From the NCBI GenBank assembly GCA_023334545.1, contig JAADVB010000091.1:641-64640 (forward strand): a stretch of 64,000 nt of DNA, written 5' to 3'. The DNA is from Salisapilia sapeloensis CBS 127946. Lineage: Eukaryota; Protista; Oomycota. Positions 21,771 through 34,614 of the stretch are shown piece by piece. The position numbers and the translations under genes are program-made. The first letter of the stretch is position 1; each line of letters begins with the position of its first letter. The notes under the pieces were generated by a model. It was not told the origin of the DNA. It saw only the letters and a list, made by a program, of their open reading frames with translations, and searched no databases.

Positions 21771-23541
21771 ATGAAGAGTTGGACGGCGTGTAGCGTGGCT
21801 ATGTTGGCCGCTGCGGCCGTGGCGGTTCAGGCAACGCCCATGGACGTGAATGAATGGCCGTCGGTCGAGGTAAGCACTTTTATAACTGACGAGAAAGTCG
21901 ATTCCGCACTCATTTTCTCAAACTTACCGTGAACATGGTGGATGAGTAGAAAGATCACACCAAGCTGCAGGTGGTGCTTCCAGAGCACTTGATGAAGCAA
22001 GACGGATACCCCCATAAAGATGCGCTCTTTGGGTACCCCAAGTACGCTGACGGCAGTCTGCAGGCGCAGCTTATCTACACGAATGCATCCGGCTGCGAGC
22101 CGCTTGAAGCCGGCGACTGGGAGCCCCCGTTCACCATGATGCTGGATCGGGGCGAGTGCCACTTTGCTGACAAGGTGCGCAACGCCCAGAATGCCGGCGC
22201 GCAAGCCGTGCTTATCGCTGATAACAAGTGCCTATGCTCGGACGCAGAGTGTCTCCGACAAACGGGAGACAGCGTTTGTGAGACCGTGCTTCCCTATATG
22301 GTAAACCTTCTATTGCGATCTACCTATATATGTTTGACTCATTCAATTCCGTTATCTAGTCGGACGATGACTCGGCGGATGACATCACGGTCCCATCCAT
22401 GCTCATCCGGAAGAGCGACGCCGATGCTATCAAGCAAGAGATTGCGCACGCCAAGGGTGTGAGCAATGTGCTCGTCAAGTTCGACTGGGGCGTTCCGTCT
22501 CCCGACGGTCGTGTTGAATGGACCCTCTGGCACAGCGCGTGGGATGACAGCTCGTCGCAGACGCTGAACGAGCTGAAGAAGGTGGTCAAGGAGTTGGGCG
22601 ACCGAGCCTACTTCACTCCTCGTTTCGTCTCGTACAATGGCACCAAGGTCGGCTGCCGCAGCGAAGACAAGCCGTGTGGCAATATGTGCCTGAACAATGG
22701 ACGATACTGCCTTTTGGACCCGTCTCCCTTCCACGACCGAGCTACTGGCGCGTCGGGAGCGGACGTTGTCGTGGAAAATCTGCGTCGCAAGTGCATTTGG
22801 AAGCACGTGACGGAGAAGGATACGGCTGGGGTTGGCCTCGCGTGGTGGAACTACGTTGCCGACTCGAATGAAGAATGCGGCAAGGACGAGCAGCTATTCC
22901 GTGAACGCCGTTGCGCGGATCAGATCATGCGCCGTCACAAGATCGACGTCAAGGCTGTCAACCAGTGCATGCAGCCCTACGGCCTCGATACGGACGAGGA
23001 GAATCCGTTGCTGGAGGAGGAATTGCAGGAGCAGACTGCTCTTCAGCTGCTTCGATTGCCTGCTTTGTACGTGGATGGCGTCCACATGCGTGGCCGAGTG
23101 GACACGAGCAACATTCTGGGCATGATCTGTGCAGGCTACGGTGACCACGACCCGCCAGCAGTGTGCTCTTGCGCCGGCCAGGCCATGGTCGGTATCAATG
23201 ACTGTGTGAAGGCAGGTAACTTGGCAGCCGCGGCGTCGTTCGGAGGCTCCGGCTTCTCGTTCATGTCGCTCGTGGTCGTGTTTGTTGGCGTCGCCGGATG
23301 TGTCGCGTCGGCTGGATATGTATACTACCGTCGTACGCAGCGTCAGATGCGTGAGCAGGTTCGTTCGATCCTGTCCGAGTACATGCCGATGGAAGACCAA
23401 GGGCTGTTGGATGAAGACGATCTGGACGCTCCCGGTAGTCCGCGTGTGCACCCTGCCCAGAAGGCTGCGGCGAAGAGCCCGAGAGGCTACATGCCGACGC
23501 GTGGCTTCTTTGACGGAAGTGACGATGAAAATGGCGTGTAA
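21771..23541 (+). CDS. Vacuolar sorting receptor (PA domain + TM + YxxPhi tail), 3 exons
   Basis: Signal peptide, HKDALFGYPKY, MLDRGECHFADKVRNAQNAGAQAVLIADN (PA domain), CLNNGRYCLLDP, a TM helix, and the tail EQVRSILSEYMPM resembling the plant VSR YMPL motif. Confidence 0.9.
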
Positions 23542-23569
23542 AGCGACGGGTAATGAATGCAAGAAGCTA

Positions 23570-25147
23570 TTAAAGCATGAAATCTTTGTAGACTGGGTTA
23601 TCTGTTTCATCGAATCTCTTGTATGCGAGCTGGTCTAGGAACGCAACGAAGCGATTTTGGTCGTCTGCCGGGACTTGGAAGCCCACGAGCACTCGGCCGA
23701 CGTCCGCTCCGTGATTGCGATAGTGGAATAGACTGATGTTCCAGTCATTCTGGAGCTTCTGGAGGAACGTCTGGAGCGCTCCCGGTCGATCTGGGAACTC
23801 GAAGCGGTAGAGCAGCTCAGACTCGGAGCTACGTCCTTTGCCGCCCGCCAAGTATCTCGTATGCACCTTTGCCAATTCATTGTCCGTTAGATCCATGGCC
23901 TTGATCCCTGCTGCTTCTAGTCGGTCTAGCACATGTCTCGCTCCGTCCTCCTTCTCCGTCCGGAAGGATAGATGGACGAGCGCTTTCGTCGGGTCTGAGT
24001 ATCGGTAGCTGAACTCGGTCACGTGTGCTCCTGCTTTCGACAGTTCATCGTGGAAGTGTCGGAAGGCACCTGGCGTTTCCTTAATCTGAGCAGACACCAG
24101 ACGTTCCTTGGAGTCCGCTCGCTCTGCTACGAAGCGCAGTCGAGCAAAGTCCATGTTGGCGCCAGATGTGACGGCCACGAGCGTCTGGTTCGTGAGGTTC
24201 CGCGCTCGAGCGTACTGCTTTAGACCAGCTAGAGCCAAGACACCGGCAGGCTCCATGACTGCTCTCGTGTCGTTGAATCCGTCTTTGATAGCAGCACAGA
24301 TCTCGTCCGTCGAGACACTGATCATCTCATCTACATACTGCTCACACACGCGATACGTCTCACTCCCAATAACCTTCACGGCAGCTCCATCTGCGAACAG
24401 ACCGACGTGTTCCAACGACGACACTTGTCCGGCTTGGAGAGAGGCAGTCATGCCTGCTGCATCCGATGCCTCTACTCCGATCACTTTGACGGACGGACGG
24501 ATCTGCTTCACCCAGGCAGAGATACCAGCGAGCATACCGCCACCTCCACACGTGACAAAGATAGCGTCTAGGTTCTGTCCACTTGTTTGCTGCAAGATTT
24601 CCATACCAACAGTGCCTTGTCCAGCGATAACGTACTGGTCGTCGAATGGGAGGAGCATCGTCTTGCCTTCTTCATTCATCAACCTCTTTGCCTCCGCTGC
24701 TGCTTCATCAAACGATTTGCCGTGTAAAACGATATCGACACTGTCGCCTCCGTGCATGCGTACTGCTCGGACTTTGAGCTCCGGAGCGACGGTCGGCATC
24801 ACGATCGTCGCGTGGACACCGAGCTTACGTGCTGACAGCGCGACGCCTTGGGCGTGATTGCCTGCCGAGCAACATACGACGCCGTTCTGACGCTGCTCTT
24901 CGGTCAGACTCGCCAACTTGTTGTACGCACCACGGATCTTGAACGAAAAGACCGGCTGCTGATCCTCCCGTTTGAGCAGCACCGTGTTGCGAAGTTGCTT
25001 CGATAGCATCGGAGCAGGTTGCAACGCTGTTTCCTCAGCGACATCGTAGACGCGAGACTCTAGGATCATCTTGCGGTAGTCTGGTAGCGTCGATAGACGC
25101 GCATGGCGCCTGGAGAGTGCTGCCAACGGCCGCTTCGCTGCCCACAT
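23570..25147 (-). CDS. ilvA: Biosynthetic threonine dehydratase (IlvA) with C-terminal ACT-like domains and a probable mitochondrial presequence
   Basis: KREDQQPVFSFKIRGAYN (PLP lysine), SAGNHAQGV, CGGGGM, SGANMDF and FEFPDRPGAL...NISLFHYRNHG. The likely start is MWAAKRPLAALSRRHARLS. Confidence 0.96.
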   Translation of the reverse strand: MWAAKRPLAALSRRHARLSTLPDYRKMILESRVYDVAEETALQPAPMLSKQLRNTVLLKREDQQPVFSFKIRGAYNKLASLTEEQRQNGVVCCSAGNHAQGVALSARKLGVHATIVMPTVAPELKVRAVRMHGGDSVDIVLHGKSFDEAAAEAKRLMNEEGKTMLLPFDDQYVIAGQGTVGMEILQQTSGQNLDAIFVTCGGGGMLAGISAWVKQIRPSVKVIGVEASDAAGMTASLQAGQVSSLEHVGLFADGAAVKVIGSETYRVCEQYVDEMISVSTDEICAAIKDGFNDTRAVMEPAGVLALAGLKQYARARNLTNQTLVAVTSGANMDFARLRFVAERADSKERLVSAQIKETPGAFRHFHDELSKAGAHVTEFSYRYSDPTKALVHLSFRTEKEDGARHVLDRLEAAGIKAMDLTDNELAKVHTRYLAGGKGRSSESELLYRFEFPDRPGALQTFLQKLQNDWNISLFHYRNHGADVGRVLVGFQVPADDQNRFVAFLDQLAYKRFDETDNPVYKDFML

Positions 25148-25482
25148 CGTTTGTGTGGTTTGATGTCGTCTCAAGTGATTGAGCAATCGATCTTGGAGAG
25201 ACATAGCACGCAGAGAGAAGTTTCTACTGGCACAGGTACTCCACAATAGTTGATCATTCGTCCATTCTATTATAGTTATCTACCTGATACTGTGCTTTCA
25301 CGCTATTGGAATGGATGTCGGAGGAAGGATGCAACAATATAAAACTGAAGTAGATAGAAACTAAGTCGTACTCGTACACAAAAGTCTCGAGCTCATCGTG
25401 TAGCTTACCGTTGCATCCAATACTAGTAAACGTACAAGCACACTCTCGTTTGCACTCAAAGATCGACTACGTTTGTATTGAT

Positions 25483-26990
25483 TTAGAATCGATCTCGGAA
25501 GGTGTCGAAAATAGAGCTAAAGAATCCTCCAGAGTCGCTGTCCGCGTCTCCCCAATCGTCACCCCCACCATCACCCCATTTGTCCGTTTCTCCACTGTCA
25601 TCTGCAGTTTCACCCCCAGCATAAAGCTCTTCCTCACTCCCACCATAGAGCCCCTCCTCACTTCCGTCTGCCTCTTGGGCTCCCATTTCATCCCCCATGC
25701 CACGGTTGCCCTCTCCACCTTCACCCCCACTACCTCCTGAACCACCAACAAAGATCGGCATACCCATGCCACCACCGCCAGGAACTCTGGACGCAATCTC
25801 TCCTACCATTCGATCGAACGGTAGACTCTGCAGATAGACTTTTCCTGGTCCAGTCAACGTCGTCAGAAACATGCCTTCTCCTCCAAACGCCATGTTCTTC
25901 ACGCCCTGAAGCATCTGCACATCGTACGCGACGCTCGGTTCGAACCCAACGAGACAGCCACTTGATATCCGAAGCACTTCTCCAGGCTCTAAATCACGCT
26001 CGACGAGTACACCTCCAGCGCGAATGAGAACATCTCCTTCACCAGTTAAACGCTGGAGGATAAATCCTTCGCCACCAAAGAACCCAGTGCCAAACTTTTT
26101 CGCAAATTCCTATGACACACTCGTTAGGCTTCGATCGAGGCTCTTGTACGCATGTTTAGTACCATCTCGATCTTGACAGTGTCTGAGCCGCAGAGGAATG
26201 CACCCTTTTGACAAATAATCGAGTTTTCGATAAAGTCAGTTAGAGACAAGTGAACGATCTTGCTTGGGAAACGTGTGCCTAAGGCGACATGTCCGCTTCC
26301 GGTACCTCGGTAGATAAATCGAGATACGAAGAAGTTTTCTCCAGTCATGACTCTATCGAGCCATAGCGTTATGATGGTGTTTACTACATATAGATGGAAG
26401 TAGAGCATACCGTTTAAAGCCTTGCTGGAAACCTCCGGCTGTGGTTGTTTCCATCTCTACACCGTCCGTCATGTAAATCATGGAACCGGTCTCAGCTCTT
26501 AAGCATTGATTCGGTTTCAATTCCATCTAGACAAGTGTTATAAAGTTTCGTGTGATGTGTGAAAGAGATAGTAGATGTACATGAACAAGCTGGTTCTCCT
26601 GTCCTTCAATCTTCATGGACTTGGTAAAGTCAATCGGTACGAACACTTCGTCGTTCGGGTCTTCTCGATGTGGCACCACTGGCTTCTCATTCTCACGTTG
26701 CTCCTCAATTACCGGTTCTACGGCCGCTGGTTCTTTTGGCTGATTCGATTCCATACCTGGCATTTCACGAACGGTCTTACGTTCGGTGGCATTGTAATAC
26801 ACGACTTCACCTGTGTCATGAACGCATCAGACGCTAGTACGAGATCGAAACTACGATGCAGTCGTAGCTATGTACCATTTCGGCGCGTGATTTGCTCCCA
26901 TCCTGCAGGCAGGTTCTTTGCAGAAGAAAAGTGAGCTTTGGAAGCCGAAAGCAATGCTCTAGCACGTAGCAATCGAGTTGCTCGGTACAT
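25483..26990 (-). CDS. AIM24: AIM24 (DUF124/TIGR00266) family protein with presequence, WW-like N-terminal module and Gly/acidic tail, multi-exon
   Basis: MYRATRLLRARALLS presequence; AETGSMIYM, TGENFFVSRF, ICQKGAFLCG, FFGGEGFILQRL and GGEGMFLTTLTGPGKVYLQSLPF. Confidence 0.88.
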
Positions 26991-28940
26991 TTTTTGAAAA
27001 ATGAACAAGTTCGTTCGAAAAGTACGATCTTTAAGAGATGTAGAGAGCACTGCTGCCAGTCGATCGAATAAGCTCCCTCTTCAATTCATTGCTATGGGCG
27101 TTCAATACTGCAATATCAGTCATCAATTCGAATATTGATGCTTTATGGCATGAAGCTAGCTATGTGTGTAGCAGTCGACAATAACGAGATCGTGGATTTA
27201 ACCGGTGTTTTCATTGTCGAAAGATAAGATGCAAGTTTCGCCGAGTCAATGCTTTCTCAACATAATCTACCTAGCAAATGATACGAACGTCATTTATCTG
27301 TCAACAGCAAGGTGTTATTACCGAATTGCTTGAACCTCATTCTCGAGTAATACATTGTGCATACTCTCGAAGTACCTTTGCTACACCAAAGCACGCTTCC
27401 AGAGTATTATGCACATCCTTATATCAAAAAGTGAATTTCGTAACTTTAGCTTTCCTCTACACAATGAGACACGTTCTAGTTCTTGCTCAAGACTCTGCAA
27501 ATCAGTGGTTCCAATCTCTAATTACTTTCTGGTCCACTAACGAGATGGCTATTTCGATTGAAGACACAAGATCTGGAAACTTGGAGTATCTAATAACCTT
27601 TGTGGTCATCTCTATGAGACCAATGAAAGAACAAAGTGACTATCAGACAACGTGCTTATCGTTGCTGTTGGCATGCAAAAGCCGTTCCCTTAATGAATGG
27701 TGCATCCGCAAGTAGAGCAAAACGAGAACTAATAGTTCACTCCTGTTAAACCAGTATCAACGCCTGAAAATCTGCATTCTTTATCACAAGATACACAGCA
27801 AAGAACAAGTCTACGAGTGCACTATGGTACCGAAGAGGTATGAAATGAAGAGCACAAAACGATACCATCTTATCCAACTAAAGAGCTACTGCTACCTAGT
27901 GTGCGTATTTCGTGTTTAAAGTGTACGCTCTGAAAATTTGGTGTGTACGTAGACGCTGCTAATGTGTGAAAACGCCACCCGCTTAATGCCGATTAACTCG
28001 TGCGATTTGAAATGACAAGGCAAATACTTTCGACGTGTTTATCGATCTAGCAGAATAGGGTGTGCAAATATCTTCGTGAAACCTTAGCGTGATCAGGGGA
28101 AGAGGAAACAGCAGAGATGCAGGTATCTTTGTATTTTGCCGATCCAAGTCACGCTTGGCCGACTTGGACTGGCTTGACTAGACATCCCTCATACCACTGA
28201 ATGTGCTTTAGGCATGGCCTGGAATAGTCGGATTGGATGATCTTTACAAGCACTCATTGGCATCGCCTGTCAAAGCCTTTGAACCGATGCAGCAGATACT
28301 AGCAAAGGGGATAAGCTGTGCAAGCAAACACAGCCGCGCAGGTGGAGTAAAGGCCTAATTTGCCATCGGATGTGCCAAAAACGGAGTCGTACGTAAGTCC
28401 TCGAGGCGGTTTCACGCTCAAATTAGCATTATCCCAGACGAATCACTTTTCCGAAAGGAGTTTCAAGCCAAAACAGACTATTCTAGCCTCCCTCATTGCG
28501 CCCTGAGGAGGCGGAAACCAACCTTTGGGACGCGACTCCTGCCGTTCAAAAATAGCGGGCTTTTGACACCGTACTTTACCGACTCTAAAAATAAATTTAT
28601 GTTTCTGACTGTAAATTACGTCTTTCGCGCGTCTTTGATTTGAAATTGAAGAGAGCGCAGCCTACTTTATCTCAGTCAAACCGGATCTGCACCAATGAAA
28701 TCCCTCCAAATCACAAAGTAAACTACGCCAGATACTTTCGTGATCCAAGTAACTTACTGTCCGTTTTGAAACCACGCCAATGGTGAGGAGAAAAGCGCGC
28801 TCCCAGGCGTGAAAGTTTCATTCGTCAAAAGTCGAGACTGAGAGCAAAGCAAAGCGCCCGCCAGCCACGAGCAGCGCCGCTTCAGCAACCCCCTCCATTC
28901 GCTTACGTCCACAGGCCTATTTGCCCACATCCCTCTCACG

Positions 28941-29120
28941 GTACGCCTCCTTCCTATCTTTCCCGCACGCCCGTCGGCAACTTTTGCGCGCTCGTGCCTT
29001 TTCCTGTCAATTCCGCAAAGTTGACCCTCAACTTGCCGATCTGGCGGGGGAGCTCCTCCATATCTTGTTCGACAGCCTACTCACTCGTATTCTTCATCTA
29101 TCTGTAGACTCTGTCGACAG
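28941..29120 (+). other. Probable 5'-UTR intron of beta-tubulin
   Basis: A GTACG donor at 28941, a pyrimidine-rich interior, and a CAG acceptor ending at 29120, 30 nt before the ATG. Confidence 0.45.
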
Positions 29121-29144
29121 TTCCCCATCAATCTTAAGGACTAA

Positions 29145-30491
<1,347 letters not shown>

Positions 30492-31055
30492 GCGCGAGTC
30501 GTGAGCATCCGAATGGCTCTTTGCTTCTCGGCTTCGTATATATACTACTCCTCTCTTACAATACACAGGCGCATAGTGGACTTCTTTCTCGTTTTGGCAG
30601 GTACATCTCCAGCACATCTTTCTTTTCTTTTCGCACTCGGATTTGCTATCCTTTCGAACGAAATAGCTTACGATCGTTTCAAATTGGAGAAAGTGGTTTT
30701 TGGCGTTTCGTGTTTCTTGTTCTTAGCAATAGAATATGTGGTAGCGAGTCTCAACTTCTCATACGACCATGCGATCGAGTGGATAGTCTCTCTGGTAGAT
30801 GCGACCTAGTTTCTAGTTACGTCATGAATCTATCGGGTGGTGGAAGATACCGCTTGGATGCAGCTTCAAGTTCACTCGCCACTGTCCGTGGCATGGTTGT
30901 AGATGCTAGGCAAGTAGCACCAAGGCTTCTACTACTTTCCATGACTGCATTGCTACTTTGAGACCACCAGGCATCAAGAACTACATGCTTGACTATAAAT
31001 AGACAGTATCATTTCGCAGTCGATGATATAAGCCTTCTTATCTTGGCATTCGAGG

Positions 31056-32072
31056 ATGAAGCCTTTGTCTCCACTACCAATAGAAATATGCCCATGTCCA
31101 CAACTTCCAACTGGATCAATAACACCGAAAGCGTGCCCACGACATCGATCCGAGCAACCAGATATCGAGTATCCGTCCTTCCGTGAATCGTTCTTCTTTA
31201 ACGAGACCTTCAACCATCGCATACGGCATGAAGGATCCGAGCTTGATCCCATGTCGAGCGTGAAGGAGTCGAAGCGACTTTGGACTGCGAATGGGCCCTG
31301 GATCTCGAACCGAGTCGCTAAAACAGCTACTTCACAAGGATCTGCTTTCCGTAATGCAGCTTTTAGTCCAGACCGACTTTATAGTACAAATCGAAGGTCA
31401 CTCGGCTATGAAGTCCATCGTAAGTTCTTATCTGCGTATGAAAATGACTGTAATGTATCTCAGTGAGGTGATATTGTCGCTTGAATCGTACGTAGGATCT
31501 CTTCGAGGTACAAGTTTATGCAGTACGGTCAAGCGATTTCCACAGGTATCGTCATTCGAGTAGCAACGATGGAAATGATAGCGACTTATGCTTTCTTTAA
31601 AGAGCCGCGAAAATGGTCCCGGTCCTGGTGCGTACTCCTCTCCTTCCGTCGACGACATAGCACGAGCCAAGATCCGATCAGCACCCAAACCAGTTCGGAC
31701 GGGCTATCAGCAAAATGAGGTTTCTATACTACTTTAATTCTATCTTGCTAGGCAATCCACTAATGCGTGGTGACGCAGAGACTTCAGCAATGGCAAAAGA
31801 AGCCTGACTATCGAGCTCTGGATAGCGGAGATGTATGGAAGAAAATGTCCGACGTACCATCCGCAACCAACTACTCCTTTCAGCGTTCGAAGCAGCCGAC
31901 GTGGATTGAAAAAATCGAGCACCATCAGCAACAGACCTTTCCTGTAGCTACGAAGCCATCCCTTACAGATCGAAAGAAGAAACTTCGCAGACACCAGGAA
32001 GACCAAATGCCAGACTTTATTCAAGGTCAAAGCACAAACTTCATCACTAGTTCGAAAAAGCTAGAAGGGTAA
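31056..32072 (+). CDS. SHIPPO/STPG (sperm-tail PG-rich repeat)-like putative axonemal protein, 4 exons (31056-31419, 31496-31545, 31603-31719, 31779-32072)
   Basis: Three GT-AG introns (GTAAGT, GTATCG and GTTTCT donors) join phase-compatibly and give ...STVKRFPQ|SRENGPGPGAY... The start codon is uncertain. Confidence 0.6.
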
Positions 32073-32114
32073 ATAAAAAGAAAAGAATGTCGTTTGATAC
32101 TTGTATTATACGCG

Positions 32115-32613
32115 TCACGCTTTGGTTTTTGACGGTCGCTTGGCCGCTGTCCGATTTGCAATCTATGGCCAATGCAGCAATCAGCTTAACTATTGTACTT
32201 TGGATAAAATAGGTAGTACGTACATAGCTTTGAGGATTATTCGGGTCTTTTGTCCATGTCAGTCCAGTGAGATGAGGTGCGTCCTTAAATAGCATTAAAA
32301 AGTCACCAGTCCGTTCAACTCGACCTCCTGAAAGGTAGAGGTGATTGCCACGCATGGTGACTTGGCATTGTGCAATTTGCAGAATGTCTCCAGGTCGAAT
32401 GTGGGCAGCAACAGGCTTGCCTAGAAGGAGAGATATGCTAGCGGTCTCGTCAGCTACGAGAATCGTCACAGGGCTGCTACCACCGTTCGTCGGTTCATCG
32501 CTCTTATTCCATCCTTCAAGTACGATCACTTTTATACTAACTTCTTTATCAGCCAAGGCTGGTGTCAAGTCTTTTAAGCGAGACCATGTTGTCTTCTTGC
32601 GCTCGGTACTCAT
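32115..32613 (-). CDS. NABP: SOSS complex subunit B (hSSB1/NABP-like OB-fold ssDNA-binding protein), 2 exons
   Basis: LKDLTP...IKVIVLE...LVADETASISL...IRPGDIL...RVERTGDFLMLFKDAP parallels the SSB1/NABP OB fold. Confidence 0.85.
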
Positions 32614-33079
32614 CCCTCCTGTGTACTTGGATATGTTGTCACGTACGTTGTCCTGAAAGCGCAACCTTCCGAAAACCTCCAGACAACAAATGGCTATTGC
32701 GCCCAACCAGGAAGCATGATGGAAATACGACCTCGGAAATCTACGTTTTTGGTTGCTGTATTATGAGTGAGATCTCATTAAAAGTAGTTATCGCGTCTGC
32801 ACCACAGCATGTGCGTTACTATAGTAGAAGTAAATATTTGTCCATCGACTACTCTTTGAATTGCAATCCGGATCCGTGCTCTTAGTGTAACTACTTCATC
32901 TATTTTAGTTGCTAGCAAGGGAGCTGCTTTATTTACACGCGGATGAGTACAATGCTCTTTACAAAGATGCATATCACGTAGTATTTACCACATAAACTCG
33001 TTCTTGAAGTTCTTAGTGAAACTTCATTTTGGCACCTCCACGGCGTAGACGAAAATAGACATCGCTTCCATCGCCTAAA

Positions 33080-34614
33080 ATGGAGTGGAATGATCTTTTC
33101 GTACACTCATTCGCCTCTCCGATAGATAAAAATGAACCAAACATGCCAAAGCATGGCACAAACAATAATAATGAAGGAAAGATAGCGAATGATGACACTG
33201 ACAACAACATACAAGACTCCAAGAATATACAAGCAAATTTACTGCATGTGTATCAATCGCCTCTAGAGTTCCTTGTCAGTAAGCATCCTACCATAGCTGA
33301 AGACAAGACGGTATATTCTGGCGATATGGCGATAAGGATGTGGAGGAACGAAAGACAGGATACGTATTACTCCACTGCGTTTGATATTGGAAAGATCCCG
33401 GCATATTCGTCACTCACTTCAGCATTCAGCTTGGGTTGCGCGGCAGCACTAAAGTTGAGAGTCTACACTTTTCTTTGGAACGTCATGGATAAAAGAGACT
33501 GGGGTATTTGGCAACTCCATCGCTACTTTACCAATTATACAGAGGAATCCATGCCTGTTGCTATCAAAGATTGCTCTAGGAAGTATAGCAAACGGCACTT
33601 ACTACAAGAGCAAACGCAACTATATGTGCATTTGCCCAAGTTTTTACAAGGTATGAAGCGACTCGGATTTCCGGTGGACAAAGTTTTAAAGCAGCAATGG
33701 TATCACTTCTACGCTGAGATCCGAGCTCTCAATGTTCCAACTACGATCAAGCACTGGCATATTGCAGCTTTCAAGACATTTCTGATCGACCCAATGCATT
33801 CGGTAAGTATTTTGTGCTTATTGTAGACATTGCAGCGGGTACCGAACAAAACAGTGACTTGTTAAATTATGCAGACCTTCTGGAATAATCTGGCTCACGA
33901 GATTGTTGATGGTGTCGCTGAAGATTCGAATGAAGCCTTATCAAGCTTAGTTCATATTTACTTTCCGATCGAAAAGTTGGAAGAGAGCGATCATAAAGTT
34001 CCATATGAGCTATTCAAGGAGCAATTAGGAACTTTTCTTTCGAAGTTCGCATCGACCAGCAATCAGGTGTCTCCATCGCACACAATTTGCCGTCTCCTCC
34101 ATCGGTTTGATACGAGCTCAAAAGGTGGAACTATTGGTCTTGAGGAATTTCAAATAGAGCTTGTAGCTGGATTGAGAATGGCAAGGGATCAAAAGAAACT
34201 TGTCAATAAGTCGTTCGTTCAGTGCCCAAAGTCAAAACTTGCCATAACTCCTTTAGTCAGACCTAATGTTGAGGCGTTCACCACATCGGGAGCAATGAAG
34301 AAGCTGTACAGTTCTCGAGCTAAGAATAAGTATCAAGTGAAAGAGGAAATTACGGATACTGCTGACACTGAACAAAAATCGTTAATGAAGAACAATCCGT
34401 TACAACTGAAGAGACTAGGCAACTGTAAACTTGCTCGCATGCGAAGATTACCCGTATCTCGATTACTTCGGTAGGATAAGTTGAAACTTTTGATCGAGAA
34501 ATTAAGGAGAACTAATGTCTATGATGTAGGGAAGGAGTGTCCTTTCGACCGCAGCATTCAGAGCAAGAGATGGATGACTTAAATGCAATATCTGCTCGAG
34601 AAGAATCGTTTTAA
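33080..34614 (+). CDS. Hypothetical protein (~470 aa, 3 exons) with a degenerate EF-hand-like motif
   Basis: Two long ORFs are joined in phase by a GTAAGT...CAG intron (33803-33874). The protein contains LLHRFDTSSKGGTIGLEEF. The 3' structure is uncertain. Confidence 0.55.

Noticed and set aside
30501-30961. Hydrophobic ORFs immediately after beta-tubulin
   Set aside because: They overlap the expected T-rich 3' UTR, have no motif, and their hydrophobicity is explained by T-richness.
31000-31320. Protein-like minus-strand reading (GIKLGSFMPYAMVEGLVKEERF...) and ORF 31428-31688 (-)
   Set aside because: These are antisense shadows of the plus-strand STPG-like gene, whose exons join in phase and yield a known motif.
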